Below are positions 27,820-38,605 of a stretch of 64,000 nt of DNA, piece by piece. The position numbers and the translations under genes are program-made. How positions within the stretch are numbered: the stretch's first letter is position 1; each line of letters opens with the position of its first letter. Below the pieces are notes generated by a model. That model saw nothing but the letters and a program-made list of their open reading frames with translations, did no database searches and was not told where the DNA came from. The stretch comes from Thermodesulfobacteriota bacterium (GTDB lineage: Bacteria > Desulfobacterota > Desulfarculia > JACQYL01): positions 1,632,001 to 1,696,000 of the forward strand of contig CAXXLZ010000001.1 in NCBI GenBank assembly GCA_963675595.2. Reading direction: 5' to 3'.

Positions 27820-29946
27820 TCAGGTCCGCTTCTTCCCCGCCTTTCCGAAGCGCCCGGTAATACGGGCATAGCCGTACCCCACCAAGCATACTCCGCCGGC
27901 GAATGTAAGCAGGTTGGACCAGTTCGGATTCTCAAGGACGGCGAGGAATCTATTCGCCAGCAAAGCGACCGACAAGATTCCGGGAGTGGCTCCCAAAAGA
28001 GTTCCCACCAAATAGTCCTTGAGTCGGACACGGGAGGCTCCGGCAACCGTGCTCACCATGGAAAAAGGCGCCACCGGGACGATGCGGACAGCGACGGCGG
28101 CCGCAAGCCCACCACGAGAAAGCCGTTTGCTGATTCGATTCAACCAGGGTCCCGCCGCTCTTTTCACCCTATCCCGACCTAACAGCGCGCCGACAAAATA
28201 TAGGAACGCGGCGCTCGTCATGATCCCGAAAAAAGCGTAAAATATTCCTTTCACGGTTCCGAAAATCATCAGCGTGGCGAGAATCGGCAGGCTCACCGGC
28301 AGGAACAGCAAAGCACTCGCCACGTACGCCGCGGGCAGCGCGTATGAGAATGCAAAACCGGATCGCAACCAGAACACCCATTGGGATGCGGTTTCGGAAT
28401 TCAACCATTGGGGCAACGACGTAAAACGCCAACACACCCCAGCGGCGACAAGGAACACACCGGCCGTAATCAGGGGACCGGGGCGCAGCCATCCGGCCTC
28501 GGACTCCGATTCCGACACGAACTCCTCAATCATGCGTTCCAAAGCCACCGGCCGCTCCGGGTCCAATAATCGGGGCCCCATCTCCATATCATCAACCCAT
28601 TCCGGCACTTCCGTTTCCAGTTTTCGGAGTGTGGCTCCTTCCCCGCTAAGCTTTTCGATGGCGGCGATCAATGAGCCCTCACCGGCCAACTTGCCTTCCA
28701 ACGTTTCCCGGTCCACCTGTAAATGTTCGCTGAGAAGCCGATTTCGGAACCCTGCAATCGCTTCGGAGATGTCTTTGCGCTCTTGAGCCTCGACGGCCAG
28801 ATCGCACTCCGTATCCAGACCCATGGACCGGTTGCTCAGGTTGGAAGAACCCACGCGCACCAACCGGTCGTCCACCACAAGAACCTTAGCGTGTACGTTT
28901 TCGTGCCGGTCCCCGAGTCCCGGAACGAACGGATAATACACTTGCATCCGCCCGTGTCGGTCCGCCTCTTTGAGGCGCTTCAGTAGTACGGCTCTCACGC
29001 TGCCCATGGCGGCTTCCTCAAGCCATCCGCTGTTCCGATACGGCATAATCAAGACCACTTCCGGACCGTGCGGATCACGCAATCGAGCCTCAAGCGCTTC
29101 AGCCACCTTGCCGGCGGTGAAGTACTGGTTCTCGATGTAGATGGTTTCCCGCGCGGAAGCGATTGCGTCTACATACAACCGCTCCACTTCCCGGACCTCG
29201 GGTTCGTCCCCATACTCCGGCTGGGTGCGCGAGATTGCGACATCCACACCCAGCAGGTCCGGCTTAATCTCCGGAGGCCAGGGGTCGCTCGAAAAGCCGG
29301 AAGCAGTTACCGGAGCGAAACCCACGGTGCGCTCCCATCTTTCGCGAAACAGCTTGCCCAGCGCTTCCGCCGCCTCGCCCTCCACCATGAACTGAACGTC
29401 GTGAAACGGTGCATACAATTCCCCGCCGGGGTCCGTTCTGCGCGATTCGTCCGGACGATGATCCGATGAATCCCATCGCCTCTGGGTCAGATCAAGCCCG
29501 CCCACGAACGCTACTCGTTCGTCCACCACCACGATTTTTCGGTGATGGGACGCTCCGGTGGGATGATTGCCGTCCATCTCGAAATGAATCCTCGAGTGAG
29601 TTTTCCAGCCGAGCTTAAACAGAGGAAGGAATTCACGTTCAAACGTGTAGATCATGGCGAATTCCCATGCCAGAACGAATACGTTGAGACTCTTCCGCTT
29701 TTTGACGCAACGATCCAGGAATTCGCCCAAACGATAATCCGCGCCGGCCCCATCAGGCCCTCGTTTCAGCATCGTCCGGCTGTCGATGTCCCAGCCCATA
29801 ATGAAGACGGATGAACGCGCGCGTTCCACACTGTCGACGAACGCCGAAAAATAGGCCTGCCCGTCAATCAAAAAAGCCCCGCGGGTCGCCTTCACTTTTC
29901 GCAAGCAGTTTCGCCCGGGTTTCAGTATGAATTCGTTTTCGTTCAT
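27820..29946 (-). CDS. Phospholipase D / cardiolipin synthase-like protein fused to a C-terminal VTT/DedA domain
   Basis: Two HKD motifs (HHRKIVVVD, HAKVLVVDD); hydrophobic C-terminus with VRIVPVAPF...YLVGTLLG. Confidence 0.88.
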   Translation of the reverse strand: MNENEFILKPGRNCLRKVKATRGAFLIDGQAYFSAFVDSVERARSSVFIMGWDIDSRTMLKRGPDGAGADYRLGEFLDRCVKKRKSLNVFVLAWEFAMIYTFEREFLPLFKLGWKTHSRIHFEMDGNHPTGASHHRKIVVVDERVAFVGGLDLTQRRWDSSDHRPDESRRTDPGGELYAPFHDVQFMVEGEAAEALGKLFRERWERTVGFAPVTASGFSSDPWPPEIKPDLLGVDVAISRTQPEYGDEPEVREVERLYVDAIASARETIYIENQYFTAGKVAEALEARLRDPHGPEVVLIMPYRNSGWLEEAAMGSVRAVLLKRLKEADRHGRMQVYYPFVPGLGDRHENVHAKVLVVDDRLVRVGSSNLSNRSMGLDTECDLAVEAQERKDISEAIAGFRNRLLSEHLQVDRETLEGKLAGEGSLIAAIEKLSGEGATLRKLETEVPEWVDDMEMGPRLLDPERPVALERMIEEFVSESESEAGWLRPGPLITAGVFLVAAGVCWRFTSLPQWLNSETASQWVFWLRSGFAFSYALPAAYVASALLFLPVSLPILATLMIFGTVKGIFYAFFGIMTSAAFLYFVGALLGRDRVKRAAGPWLNRISKRLSRGGLAAAVAVRIVPVAPFSMVSTVAGASRVRLKDYLVGTLLGATPGILSVALLANRFLAVLENPNWSNLLTFAGGVCLVGYGYARITGRFGKAGKKRT

Positions 29947-30914
29947 GAACGATTCTCTCCACAGCCTGAATCATTTTTCGCAGGTGGAATGGGGATACGA
30001 TAACGGAACCTCAAACATCATACTTCGACAAAAGGGAAATCACGAGCGGCAACGTCCCGGATACAGCATGCCGACCGATGAAATACACCGGCAAGGGTAT
30101 GCCTCCCGACCTAATACGGCAGTACAATTTGGAGTGAATTCAACGAGTAACCGAATCGTCGAATGATAGGTGTCGAAACGCCCGTCAATCAGCCCTCCAG
30201 ATGACCATGTCTGGATTGAAGTCGGGCACCGCATAAGAATTCAAACCGGATGCTCCAAATGTGGCTCTTTTTCGAATCGGCCGATGCACGCCATCCCGCA
30301 GTCAAATGCAAACTCAAGCCAGGTGAATGACCTCATGTCCTTTGAATCCAAAGACCACAACAAAGTCCCGAGCGGTGGAGTTCCGAATCCTTCGAGGAGG
30401 GGAACCAACTGGACCTCGATCGTCTGGTTGATGTTTCTCTGGTTCCTCATCGCCTTCAGCTTCCGACTGTGCCATTCCCCCAACGTACTGGAGCTGTCTT
30501 ACTCCGATTTCAAAAGTTACGCGAAGAAAGGTACTGTAGCCGAAATCACCCTCGCCTCGGATACGGTCCAAGGTAAATTCAAGAACCCGGTGGAAAAGAA
30601 AACCGACGGCGAGAAACAATCCTTCCAAAATTTTCGAACCACATTGCCTCCGCTGAACGACCCGGAGCTCCTGCCTTTACTAGAAGAGCAGGGGGTGGAG
30701 ATCCACGCTGAGTCCAAAGGGGACTCCTGGCTTACCACGGCGTTGATCATCCTTGCACCCTGGCTCCTCATCATCGGGTTGATTTATTTTTCCGGCCGAA
30801 GACTCCAGCAGCGCATGTCGGGTGGACTGTTCAATTTCGGCAAATCAAAGGCCAAACTCTTTTCCAAGACCAACAGTGAAACAACCTTCGACGACGTCGC
30901 GGGGCTTGAAAATA

Positions 30915-31555
30915 GTGAGCACTCCTCCCGCACAGCGGGAGGCCTCAGGAGGCCCCCCAAAGGGGGGCTAAGGTTATGGGAAAGTCCCCTTGGGACGAAA
31001 TCAGGGGTTATTCGAATTCCAGATCCATCTGATCTTTCTCATGCTTTTCCTGGTCGCGGATGTACCTTCGAATCGTTTCTTCATCCAGACCCACTGTACT
31101 CACACAATAGCCTCGCGACCAGAAATGCAAACCCGTAACCCGTTTCTCCTTCAGTATCTCTCGATGGATTCGTATGGCGCTCTTGCCTTTCAAAAAGCCG
31201 ATGACAAAAGCTATGCTGAATTTCGGCGGTACGCTTATACACATGTGCACGTGGTCCGGCATTAGATGCCCTTCCAACAATTCGACCCGCTTTTGTCGGC
31301 ATAGCTCTCTTACGATCTCCCCTACTCCTGTCCGAATCCTCCCATATAGCTTCTTCTTCCGATATTTCGGGACGATTACCACGTGGTATTTGCAATCCCA
31401 CCTTACGTGGGATAGACTCTGCCATTCGTGCATAGGTTCTTCCTCCAGTTCCGCCCATTGGGCACTTCCCCGGAGGAAGAACCTATTTTATTTTCTCGCC
31501 GGAACGGTAGAACCTTTCCGGGTCCTCCACCATAGGTGGAGGGTTTAGATCGGAA
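30915..31555 (-). mobile_element. IS200/IS605-family insertion sequence (tnpA only, 641 bp)
   Basis: Subterminal hairpins at 31524-31542 and 30924-30942; no target duplication; removing this interval restores the ftsH frame. Confidence 0.9.
31008..31433 (-). CDS. tnpA: IS200-family Y1 (HUH) transposase
   Basis: CKYHVV, DHVHM HUH motif, KGKSAI, FWSRGYCVSTVG, catalytic Tyr in RRYIRDQ. Confidence 0.95.
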   Translation of the reverse strand: MHEWQSLSHVRWDCKYHVVIVPKYRKKKLYGRIRTGVGEIVRELCRQKRVELLEGHLMPDHVHMCISVPPKFSIAFVIGFLKGKSAIRIHREILKEKRVTGLHFWSRGYCVSTVGLDEETIRRYIRDQEKHEKDQMDLEFE

Positions 31556-32957
31556 CTAAGAAAGAACTTGAAGAAATCGTCGGATTCCTCAAGGATCCTG
31601 AGCGATACCGCTCCCTGGGAGGCAAGCTGCCCAAAGGCATACTGCTCGTTGGTCCTCCCGGAACCGGAAAGACGCTCATGTCTCGGGCCGTTGCCGGTGA
31701 AGCCGGTGTCCCCTTCTACAGCATCAGCGGCTCCGAGTTCATTGAGATGTTCGTGGGGGTCGGCGCCTCCCGCGTACGAGACCTGTTCGAAAACGCCAAG
31801 AAAGACGCTCCCGCCATTATTTTCATCGATGAACTGGACTCCATCGGCAGGGTTCGGGGAACCGGTCTCGGCGGCGGCAACGACGAGCGGGAACAAACCC
31901 TGAACCAGATATTGTCCGAAATGGACGGATTCACTCCCAGCGAATCGATGGTGGTATTGGCCGCCACCAACCGCCCGGATGTTTTGGATCCGGCTCTGAT
32001 TCGACCTGGACGTTTCGATAGGCAAGTCACCCTGGATCTCCCGCAAAGACCGGCTAGGAGGAAAATCCTGACGCTGCACACGGCTCACGTTCCCCTCGCG
32101 CAGGACGTGGACCTGGATGCGGTAGCCCAAAGGACCGTCGGATTTTCCGGCGCGGACCTCCAGAACCTGGTGAATGAAGCGGCCCTGCTCGCGGCTCGAA
32201 AAGATCGAAAGGAAGTGACTGCCGAGGATTTTGACGCAGGCATGGACAAGATCATGATGGGCGTCGAACGCGAAGACATGCTGTCCGGATCCGAGCGAAA
32301 GATCGTGGCCTATCACGAGGCCGGCCATGCCCTGATGGCTTGGGTGATTCCGGGAGCGGACCCCCTCAAAAAGGTGTCCATTATCCCTCGAGGGCGCGCG
32401 CTCGGGGCCACGCAGCAGATCCCCGAAGAGGACCGCCACAACCTGGGGCGGAACTACCTTTTAGGCCGCATCGCCATCATGCTCGGGGGGCGTGTCGCTG
32501 AGAGAACCGTATTCGAGGACATCACCAGCGGAGCGGCCGACGACTTGAAGAACGCCACCCGGTTGGCGCGTAAAATGGTTTGCCAATGGGGCATGAGCGA
32601 AACGTTGGGATCCATGACCTTTCGAATGGATGAGCAACACCCGTTCTTGGGGCGCGAACTGGCCGAGCCCAGGGACTTCAGCGAACATACCGCCCGGATG
32701 ATCGACGACGAAATCCGACGCATTATTCGAAATGCCGAAGAGGAAGCTGAACAAACACTCACTTCCCGCAGAGAAGATCTGGACCGTATAGCCAACGCTC
32801 TGCTGGAACACGAAATGCTGTCGGACGTGGAGGTGCGCAAACTACTGACCAACGGCGACGCCTCATCTCAAAAGGACAAGGTCATTCCCGATTCGGATTC
32901 CGGCCTCAAACATCAACGGCCGAATTCCTCGAAGTCGGAGGACAAGGGAGCCCAACT

Positions 32958-33902
32958 ATGAAAGTCGGGATCGTGGGAACCGGCATGGTCGGTTCCACCA
33001 CGGCCTACGCCCTGATCCTGGAAGGCATCGGCAGGGAAATCGTCCTTGTGGACAAAGATGAGCGAAGAGCCGGCGCCGAAGCCGACGACCTGTTCCACGC
33101 CGTTCCCTTTTCACATCCTCTCGTTGTTCACCAAGGGGGGTATGCCGATCTCCAGGGAAGCAAAGTAGTGGTTGTGGCCGCGGGCGTTTCCCAAAAACCG
33201 GGCGAAAGCCGTATGGACCTCCTCAAGCGAAACCAAAGAGTTTTCTCCCAGGTCATCCCCGGAATTCTGGAAAAAGCCCCGGAGGCCATCCTGCTCATCG
33301 CCACCAATCCCGTGGACGTCATGACTCATGTGGCGACCAAATACGCCTCCGGATTCGGAGTGACCGTGCGACGCGTATTGGGTTCGGGCACCATGCTCGA
33401 CACGGCTCGGTTCCGCGCCTTGTTGGGCCGGCAAATGGGAGTGGACCCTCAACACGTGCACGCCTACGTATTGGGAGAACACGGCGATTCGGAGGTGCTC
33501 GCCTGGTCGTTGGTCACTGTGGGAGGCATCAAATTGACGGAGTTCTGTACGGGAAGAGGGGCCGTATACAAGGCCGACGACAAAGAGCATATCGACCACA
33601 GGGTCCGTAACGCGGCATATGAAATCATTGACGGCAAGGGAGCCACCTATTACGGGATCGGAAGTGCTCTTGCCAAGCTGATCGACGTAATTCTCAATGA
33701 CCGGCGGTCCATCTTCACCGTGTCCGCTCCCACCGACGATGTTCCGGGAATCAAGAACGTGTGCGTTTCCATGCCCCGCCTGATCGGGGGAGACGGCGTG
33801 ATGGGCCTCATCCCTCCGTCCCTGGACGACTCGGAGCGCAGCCTTTTGCGAAAGAGCGCCGCCATCGTGAAGGAAGCCTCGGATGGCCTGGACGACGCCT
33901 GA
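32958..33902 (+). CDS. ldh: L-lactate dehydrogenase
   Basis: VGTGMVG; AGVSQKPGESR with Gln at the LDH/MDH specificity position; ATNPVD; LDTARF; GEHGDS. ATGA overlap with ftsH. Confidence 0.9.
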   Translation: MKVGIVGTGMVGSTTAYALILEGIGREIVLVDKDERRAGAEADDLFHAVPFSHPLVVHQGGYADLQGSKVVVVAAGVSQKPGESRMDLLKRNQRVFSQVIPGILEKAPEAILLIATNPVDVMTHVATKYASGFGVTVRRVLGSGTMLDTARFRALLGRQMGVDPQHVHAYVLGEHGDSEVLAWSLVTVGGIKLTEFCTGRGAVYKADDKEHIDHRVRNAAYEIIDGKGATYYGIGSALAKLIDVILNDRRSIFTVSAPTDDVPGIKNVCVSMPRLIGGDGVMGLIPPSLDDSERSLLRKSAAIVKEASDGLDDA

Positions 33903-34113
33903 ACCACCCGGCCCGCCCCTTCCCGTTTGATCCGATTCGGCAAACGATGCCGAGCCCAATACCGTTTTCCCTCCATCAACTTGAGCGCATCAGCCGAAAC
34001 GACCCGTGATAAGTTCCAAAATCCATTCATAGCCTCCGGCTTGCCGGAAGATTGTTCGGTCATCCCTCCGCCGTTACCGCCGTCATCCAAATACCCTACG
34101 TGTACCTTTTCAC

Positions 34114-34311
34114 GGGGTGTGCCGCAAGGGGACACCGTCCCCCTGCACCCCCTGCCGGGGGACCAATGGCCCCCCGGACCCCCATTGTGCTTTTACGAAT
34201 CGCGTACGCGATTCGCAAAACGAGCAGCATGTTCCGCCCAACGCATTAAAATACTTCAAGTTTTTGGGAAGGAGCCCGAGGGAACCCTTTTTTCAAAAAG
34301 GGTTCCCTCGG
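34114..34311. repeat. Cluster of GC-rich hairpins and palindromes (REP/MITE-like)
   Basis: Two GC hairpins at 34114-34183; perfect 20-bp palindrome CGAATCGCGTACGCGATTCG at 34196-34215; 17-bp stem CCGAGGGAACCCTTTTT/AAAAAGGGTTCCCTCGG at 34276-34311. Confidence 0.65.
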
Positions 34312-34537
34312 ATACTCCTCTGAATGCTCACGTTTTTTCCGTAGCCTTTTCCGTACGGTCGGACGTCATTGCAACAACGCTCAAACAAACGATTGAACCC
34401 GGGGTGATTCCGATATCAGTTGCGCATTCGGCGTTCTTCCGAAATCTTGCTCCAGGAAAAAGCATCGGCGTCGATACCTCCCGTCGGGTGTCTTCAACTT
34501 TCCCGCGATTTCCCCATAGGCTGCGCGGAGGTCTCAA

Positions 34538-36133
34538 ATGCCCCTTCTCAATTCATTGACCCGACGTTTCCGTGTTTTCTTAGTTCTTCTCTTCTCTTTC
34601 TTTTTCACCCCTGTCGTGGTCCGTTGCGGCGATGAGTTCATTTCGTCGCAACCCCTCCCCATCTTCGTTCCATATGGCAATCAGGCGGAATCGGTCGGTG
34701 GAGAATCGGCACGATCCCCTTTCGGCTTCCATCCGGCGAGCGCCTCCATGCCGGGTTATCCGGACAACGGATTCACGGACGCCGAGAACATCGGTGTGGG
34801 CTGGACGCGGGAAGGCCTCTATGCGTTCTGGTTCCTCATCGAACCCGACCTGTCCGAAGCCGCCTATGATTTCAGTCTTTACGACCTGTAATGGCGGGGC
34901 GTGCCCGCAAGCCTGCGCATTCTGGGCAATATCGCGCCGCAGGGCCCCTTCAACGAAGGCCGATGCAAGCCCGCATCATGGATTCCCATCGACATCCCCA
35001 GGTATGTCGCCTTTGTCAAGGCCACGGTGGAACGCTACGACGGAGACGGCATGAACGACATGCCCGGAATCACCAATCCCATACGCTATTGGCAGGTGGG
35101 TAACGAACCCAACGAAATGGGACGAAAGGATTTCGCGCAACTCCGGCGCATCACCTATGAGGCGGTTAAGGAGGCCTGCGCGGACTGTAAGGTATTGGTC
35201 TGCGGCGCCACAGGGTCCCCCAACGACCATATTTACAACTTTGCAGAGGCGTTTGCACCGATCCTATGGGAACTCGCGGGAGAATCCGTGGATATTTTCG
35301 ATTTTCACTGGTACGGGACGGCCACGGGCGAATACCGTATGAAAGATGGTTCGACCGCACAAGACGTATTGGAGCATATGCGTACCACCCTGACCGCCGC
35401 CGGGTTCGCATCCGACCTGCCCATCCGGATCACCGAGATGGGATGCTACTCCGGTGATCCGCAGAACACGGCTGAATTCGATTTGCCTTTCCAAAGCGAG
35501 CGTCTCCAGGCACTCCACCTGTTCAAACGCTATGCCCATCATTTGGCTCACGGTGTGGAAAAAGTATTTTCGGCGTTCGGGATGCTGGAAGGATTCAAGC
35601 TGGATAACGGCTACTTCGACCATACCGGCCTGATCTACGATGGAAGAACGGGCGACGCGGCAAGTGACTCCAACCCCGGTCTCGGCGTGAAAAAGCTCGC
35701 CTATTTCACCTACAAGAAAATGACGGAAAAGCTAGGGGGCGCCGATTGGTCCACCCTGACCCCGCTGCATGACGGTACGGGAACCGATCATCTAACTCTC
35801 TTTCGAGTTCAAAAAGGCGACGATGACATTCATATCGCGTGGTGGGACTATTTCGATGAACCCGCGTATGCGCCCGGAGACGCCGCCTTTCTCACCGTAA
35901 CCGGACTTGCGGGTCGGGAGGCGAGGTTGACGGCGGTGACCCCCTTTGCGGATTCGGGAGAAGAAGTAACGGACTATGAAACCGCTTTCACGGTGGATAC
36001 CTACCGCGTGTCCGACGGCACCGCCGTCGTGGTGCTCGGCGAAAACCCGATCATACTGGAATCGGCATGGGACGACGTGCGAAAGAAATCGCATGGGGAG
36101 CGGACGACGCCGGACCGGTATCAACTTCCGTGA
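34538..36133 (+). pseudogene. Secreted clan GH-A glycoside hydrolase-like protein (GH5/GH39-like) with an in-frame TAA
   Basis: ORFs 34538..34891 and 34901..36133 share a frame (YDL*WRGVPAS). Signal-peptide-like start; WQVGNEPN, DFHWY and ITEMG motifs. Confidence 0.7.
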
Positions 36134-36138
36134 TCATC

Positions 36139-37434
36139 TCAAGTTTCCGACAGGTGTTTGGCGAGGCGTTTCCCAAGTCCGATGACGGCAGCCGTGGGAG
36201 GCAGCCCCCACGCTTCCGGCATCACGGAACAGTCGCAAACGTACAAATTCTCGTACTCGGTTCTTAGATTGGAGTCCACTACGTCGCCCACCTTGGCGGT
36301 TCCGCCTGGATGCGCGGCAAAACAGCCCGTCCTGAAGATGCCCTTGGCTCCGGCGTTTTTCAGGATTGTCTTGGCTCGTTCGCAGCCTCTCCGCAACCGC
36401 CGTTTGTTGTTTTCGTCCAGAATCTTCCGAATTCCCCCACTGTCCGTCAGTCTGCCGCCCAATTCATCCTTGGCTTTGACCATGATCTGGAGCGTCTTTG
36501 GGCGCGAAAACATCTTGTCCGGTCTGAGGCCGGCACCTGCGAACATGGCCGACACGGCAAACGGATGAGACATATCCGTCATCATGTAGCCCTCGTCTTC
36601 CATGTGGACGCCGCAGGACATGGGAATTTCGCTCAATGGAACATCGATGTTTTCCACCGTTCCCCTGACACCGATGAGAGGATCGAAAAAGAAGTCATAT
36701 CCCGCTCTTCTTATTCCGCTTGCGCGGAGAATAACGGGCGAACCGATGCCCCCCGCCGAAACGACCGTCGTAGGAGCGAATACCCGAACGATTTTCCCGT
36801 TCTTCTTGTAGTCAACCCCAAGGGCCCTTCCATCTTCCACAACGACCTTTAGAACCGTCGCTCTCTCAATCAGTTCGGCTCCGTTCTTGAGGGCCTCCTC
36901 GATGTACATTCGTGCGCTCCATTTCACCCCGTGCGGATCCCCATAATGGCTGAACGGGTACTCCGCTTTCCGCCGGTCCTGGTATATGAACTTCTCCAGC
37001 TTGCGCCAATCGTAACCGAGCTCCCGAGCACTCTCCATGATTCGTTTGGACATGGGACCGACCATTTCGTCCTTGAGCGTGGCCACGGGCAGTTCATTGC
37101 GCATCTCCTCGACCTCAGCCGTGATGTCGATGCCGTGAGATTTCAGCATCTCGAAAGGCACGGGGAAACATGTGGCATAGTAATAGACCGTGCTGCCGCC
37201 CGTGGTGATTCCTCTCACCATTCCAAGCAATTGCTTTGTGAAAAGAATGCTCCTGCCGGGTACGAGGAGTGTCTTTGCGGCGTAACGGAAATCGCCGGTC
37301 AGCGGATCGTTGTCTCCCCGTTCCAAGACGAGGACTCTCTTTTTTCTCAACGACAACTCTTTGGCAACGGTTGCTCCACCCGGTCCGGATCCCACAACGA
37401 CGACATCGATGTCTTTGCGCGGAACTCTTTCCAT
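36139..37434 (-). CDS. GMC family FAD-dependent oxidoreductase
   Basis: VVGSGPGGA, SAGGIGSP, AHPGGT, VCDCS, PPT. Confidence 0.85.
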   Translation of the reverse strand: MERVPRKDIDVVVVGSGPGGATVAKELSLRKKRVLVLERGDNDPLTGDFRYAAKTLLVPGRSILFTKQLLGMVRGITTGGSTVYYYATCFPVPFEMLKSHGIDITAEVEEMRNELPVATLKDEMVGPMSKRIMESARELGYDWRKLEKFIYQDRRKAEYPFSHYGDPHGVKWSARMYIEEALKNGAELIERATVLKVVVEDGRALGVDYKKNGKIVRVFAPTTVVSAGGIGSPVILRASGIRRAGYDFFFDPLIGVRGTVENIDVPLSEIPMSCGVHMEDEGYMMTDMSHPFAVSAMFAGAGLRPDKMFSRPKTLQIMVKAKDELGGRLTDSGGIRKILDENNKRRLRRGCERAKTILKNAGAKGIFRTGCFAAHPGGTAKVGDVVDSNLRTEYENLYVCDCSVMPEAWGLPPTAAVIGLGKRLAKHLSET

Positions 37435-37786
37435 GTCCCCTCCTATCCGGGGCGGCATAACAAGCCGCCGCCGAACGCGGTGAGAAGTTCGAAAACCGGC
37501 GTAGCGCAGGAGCCGTCACGGCGAAGGGTCGTGGAATCCGACGTAATCGACGACCTCGGTTCGAGGAGGAGAAGGAGGAGGAGATGAAACGAGTGATAAG
37601 CCTATTCAGGCGAGAATGAGAGAGGAATCTGCAATGAAGTCAACACCGACAGCCTTTTTCCGGTTTCTCCATGGCGTACAGGGATCGTTACCTCATGCCG
37701 TCTCGCTTCCTCGTACGGCTCCACGTCGCACACGAAATCTCGCTGCGCGACGTCCCCGTCCCCGCCGCCCAAAATGCCCATGAATA

Positions 37787-38605
37787 CTATGAAGAACGGA
37801 ACTGATCCATTAGTCTTCCCAACTCCTTGAGAAACCGTGCAACCTGGTCCACGTTTTCCAGCGCGTAGGCTGCACGGCTCGGGCCCAATCTTCGCTCCCC
37901 TACCACGATGCCCAATCCGCGTCCTTGCAGAGCTTCGAAAGCGTCCTCGTCGGTTACGTCGTCCCCCAGGTAGATCGGCAGGAAATCGTCTTCGGCCAGG
38001 TTCAGAGCGTCCATTAGCCAGAGCACCGCCCTGCCTTTGTGCCAGTCAACGTCGGGTTGGAGTTCGAAGACCTTCTTCCCCTCGGTCCTCCTGAGCCCTT
38101 CGAGTTCGATCCGGGCGAATTCCACGGCATCCTCCACTTCACGGACCCGGCCGGGTTCCACCAGTCGGAAGTGGGCGGCAACGGAGAACTTCTTTCGTTC
38201 CACCAAAGCGCCGGGGATGGACGACAGTTTGTCACGCAGCAGACTTTCGGCACGGTGCAAGAGATCGAGGAACCCGGTTCCCACTTGGGGAGCCCGCTGT
38301 TCCCCGTGGGGCAGACGAATCTCGAACCCGTGGCTCCCCGCATAAACGACGTCCTCAAGACCCACCAGGCGACGCACGTCGGCCAGATCACGGCCGCTCA
38401 CCACGGCCAGGGGGCATCGGGAACTGAGAGATCGAATCACCTCGCGCATGTCCGGGGAAAGCACGGCGAGTTCGGGACGCTCCACAATGGGCGTGAGGGT
38501 ACCGTCATAGTCCAGGAACACAGCCGGACGACGGCTCACCAGGAGCTCTTCGACCCTGTCCAGATGGTCTAATACGGAAGGAATCGGTTTCATACGGATA
38601 AGCAT
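37787..38605 (-). CDS. otsB: Trehalose-6-phosphate phosphatase
   Basis: FLDYDGTLTPIV, VSGR, YAGSHG, WHKGRAV, LGDDVTDEDAF. Confidence 0.92.
   Translation of the reverse strand: MLIRMKPIPSVLDHLDRVEELLVSRRPAVFLDYDGTLTPIVERPELAVLSPDMREVIRSLSSRCPLAVVSGRDLADVRRLVGLEDVVYAGSHGFEIRLPHGEQRAPQVGTGFLDLLHRAESLLRDKLSSIPGALVERKKFSVAAHFRLVEPGRVREVEDAVEFARIELEGLRRTEGKKVFELQPDVDWHKGRAVLWLMDALNLAEDDFLPIYLGDDVTDEDAFEALQGRGLGIVVGERRLGPSRAAYALENVDQVARFLKELGRLMDQFRSS

Larger units (their letters stand above)
30335..32961 (+). pseudogene. ftsH: ATP-dependent zinc metalloprotease FtsH interrupted by an IS200-type element
   Basis: The 5' part has two TMs and ends TFDDVAGLEN. After the IS the frame resumes KKELEEIVGFLKDP...[28 protein letters not shown]. 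Confidence 0.92.

Noticed and set aside
30170-32961. Two separate genes (322 aa and 427 aa)
   Set aside because: They are the halves of one ftsH; the tail of the first ORF is read-through into IS DNA.
34114-34311. CRISPR array or tRNA
   Set aside because: No repeated unit with spacers, no cloverleaf and no cas genes in the window.
37560-37620. Purine-rich GGAGGA run before an 11-codon ORF (MKRVISLFRRE)
   Set aside because: Too short to support; no independent evidence of coding.
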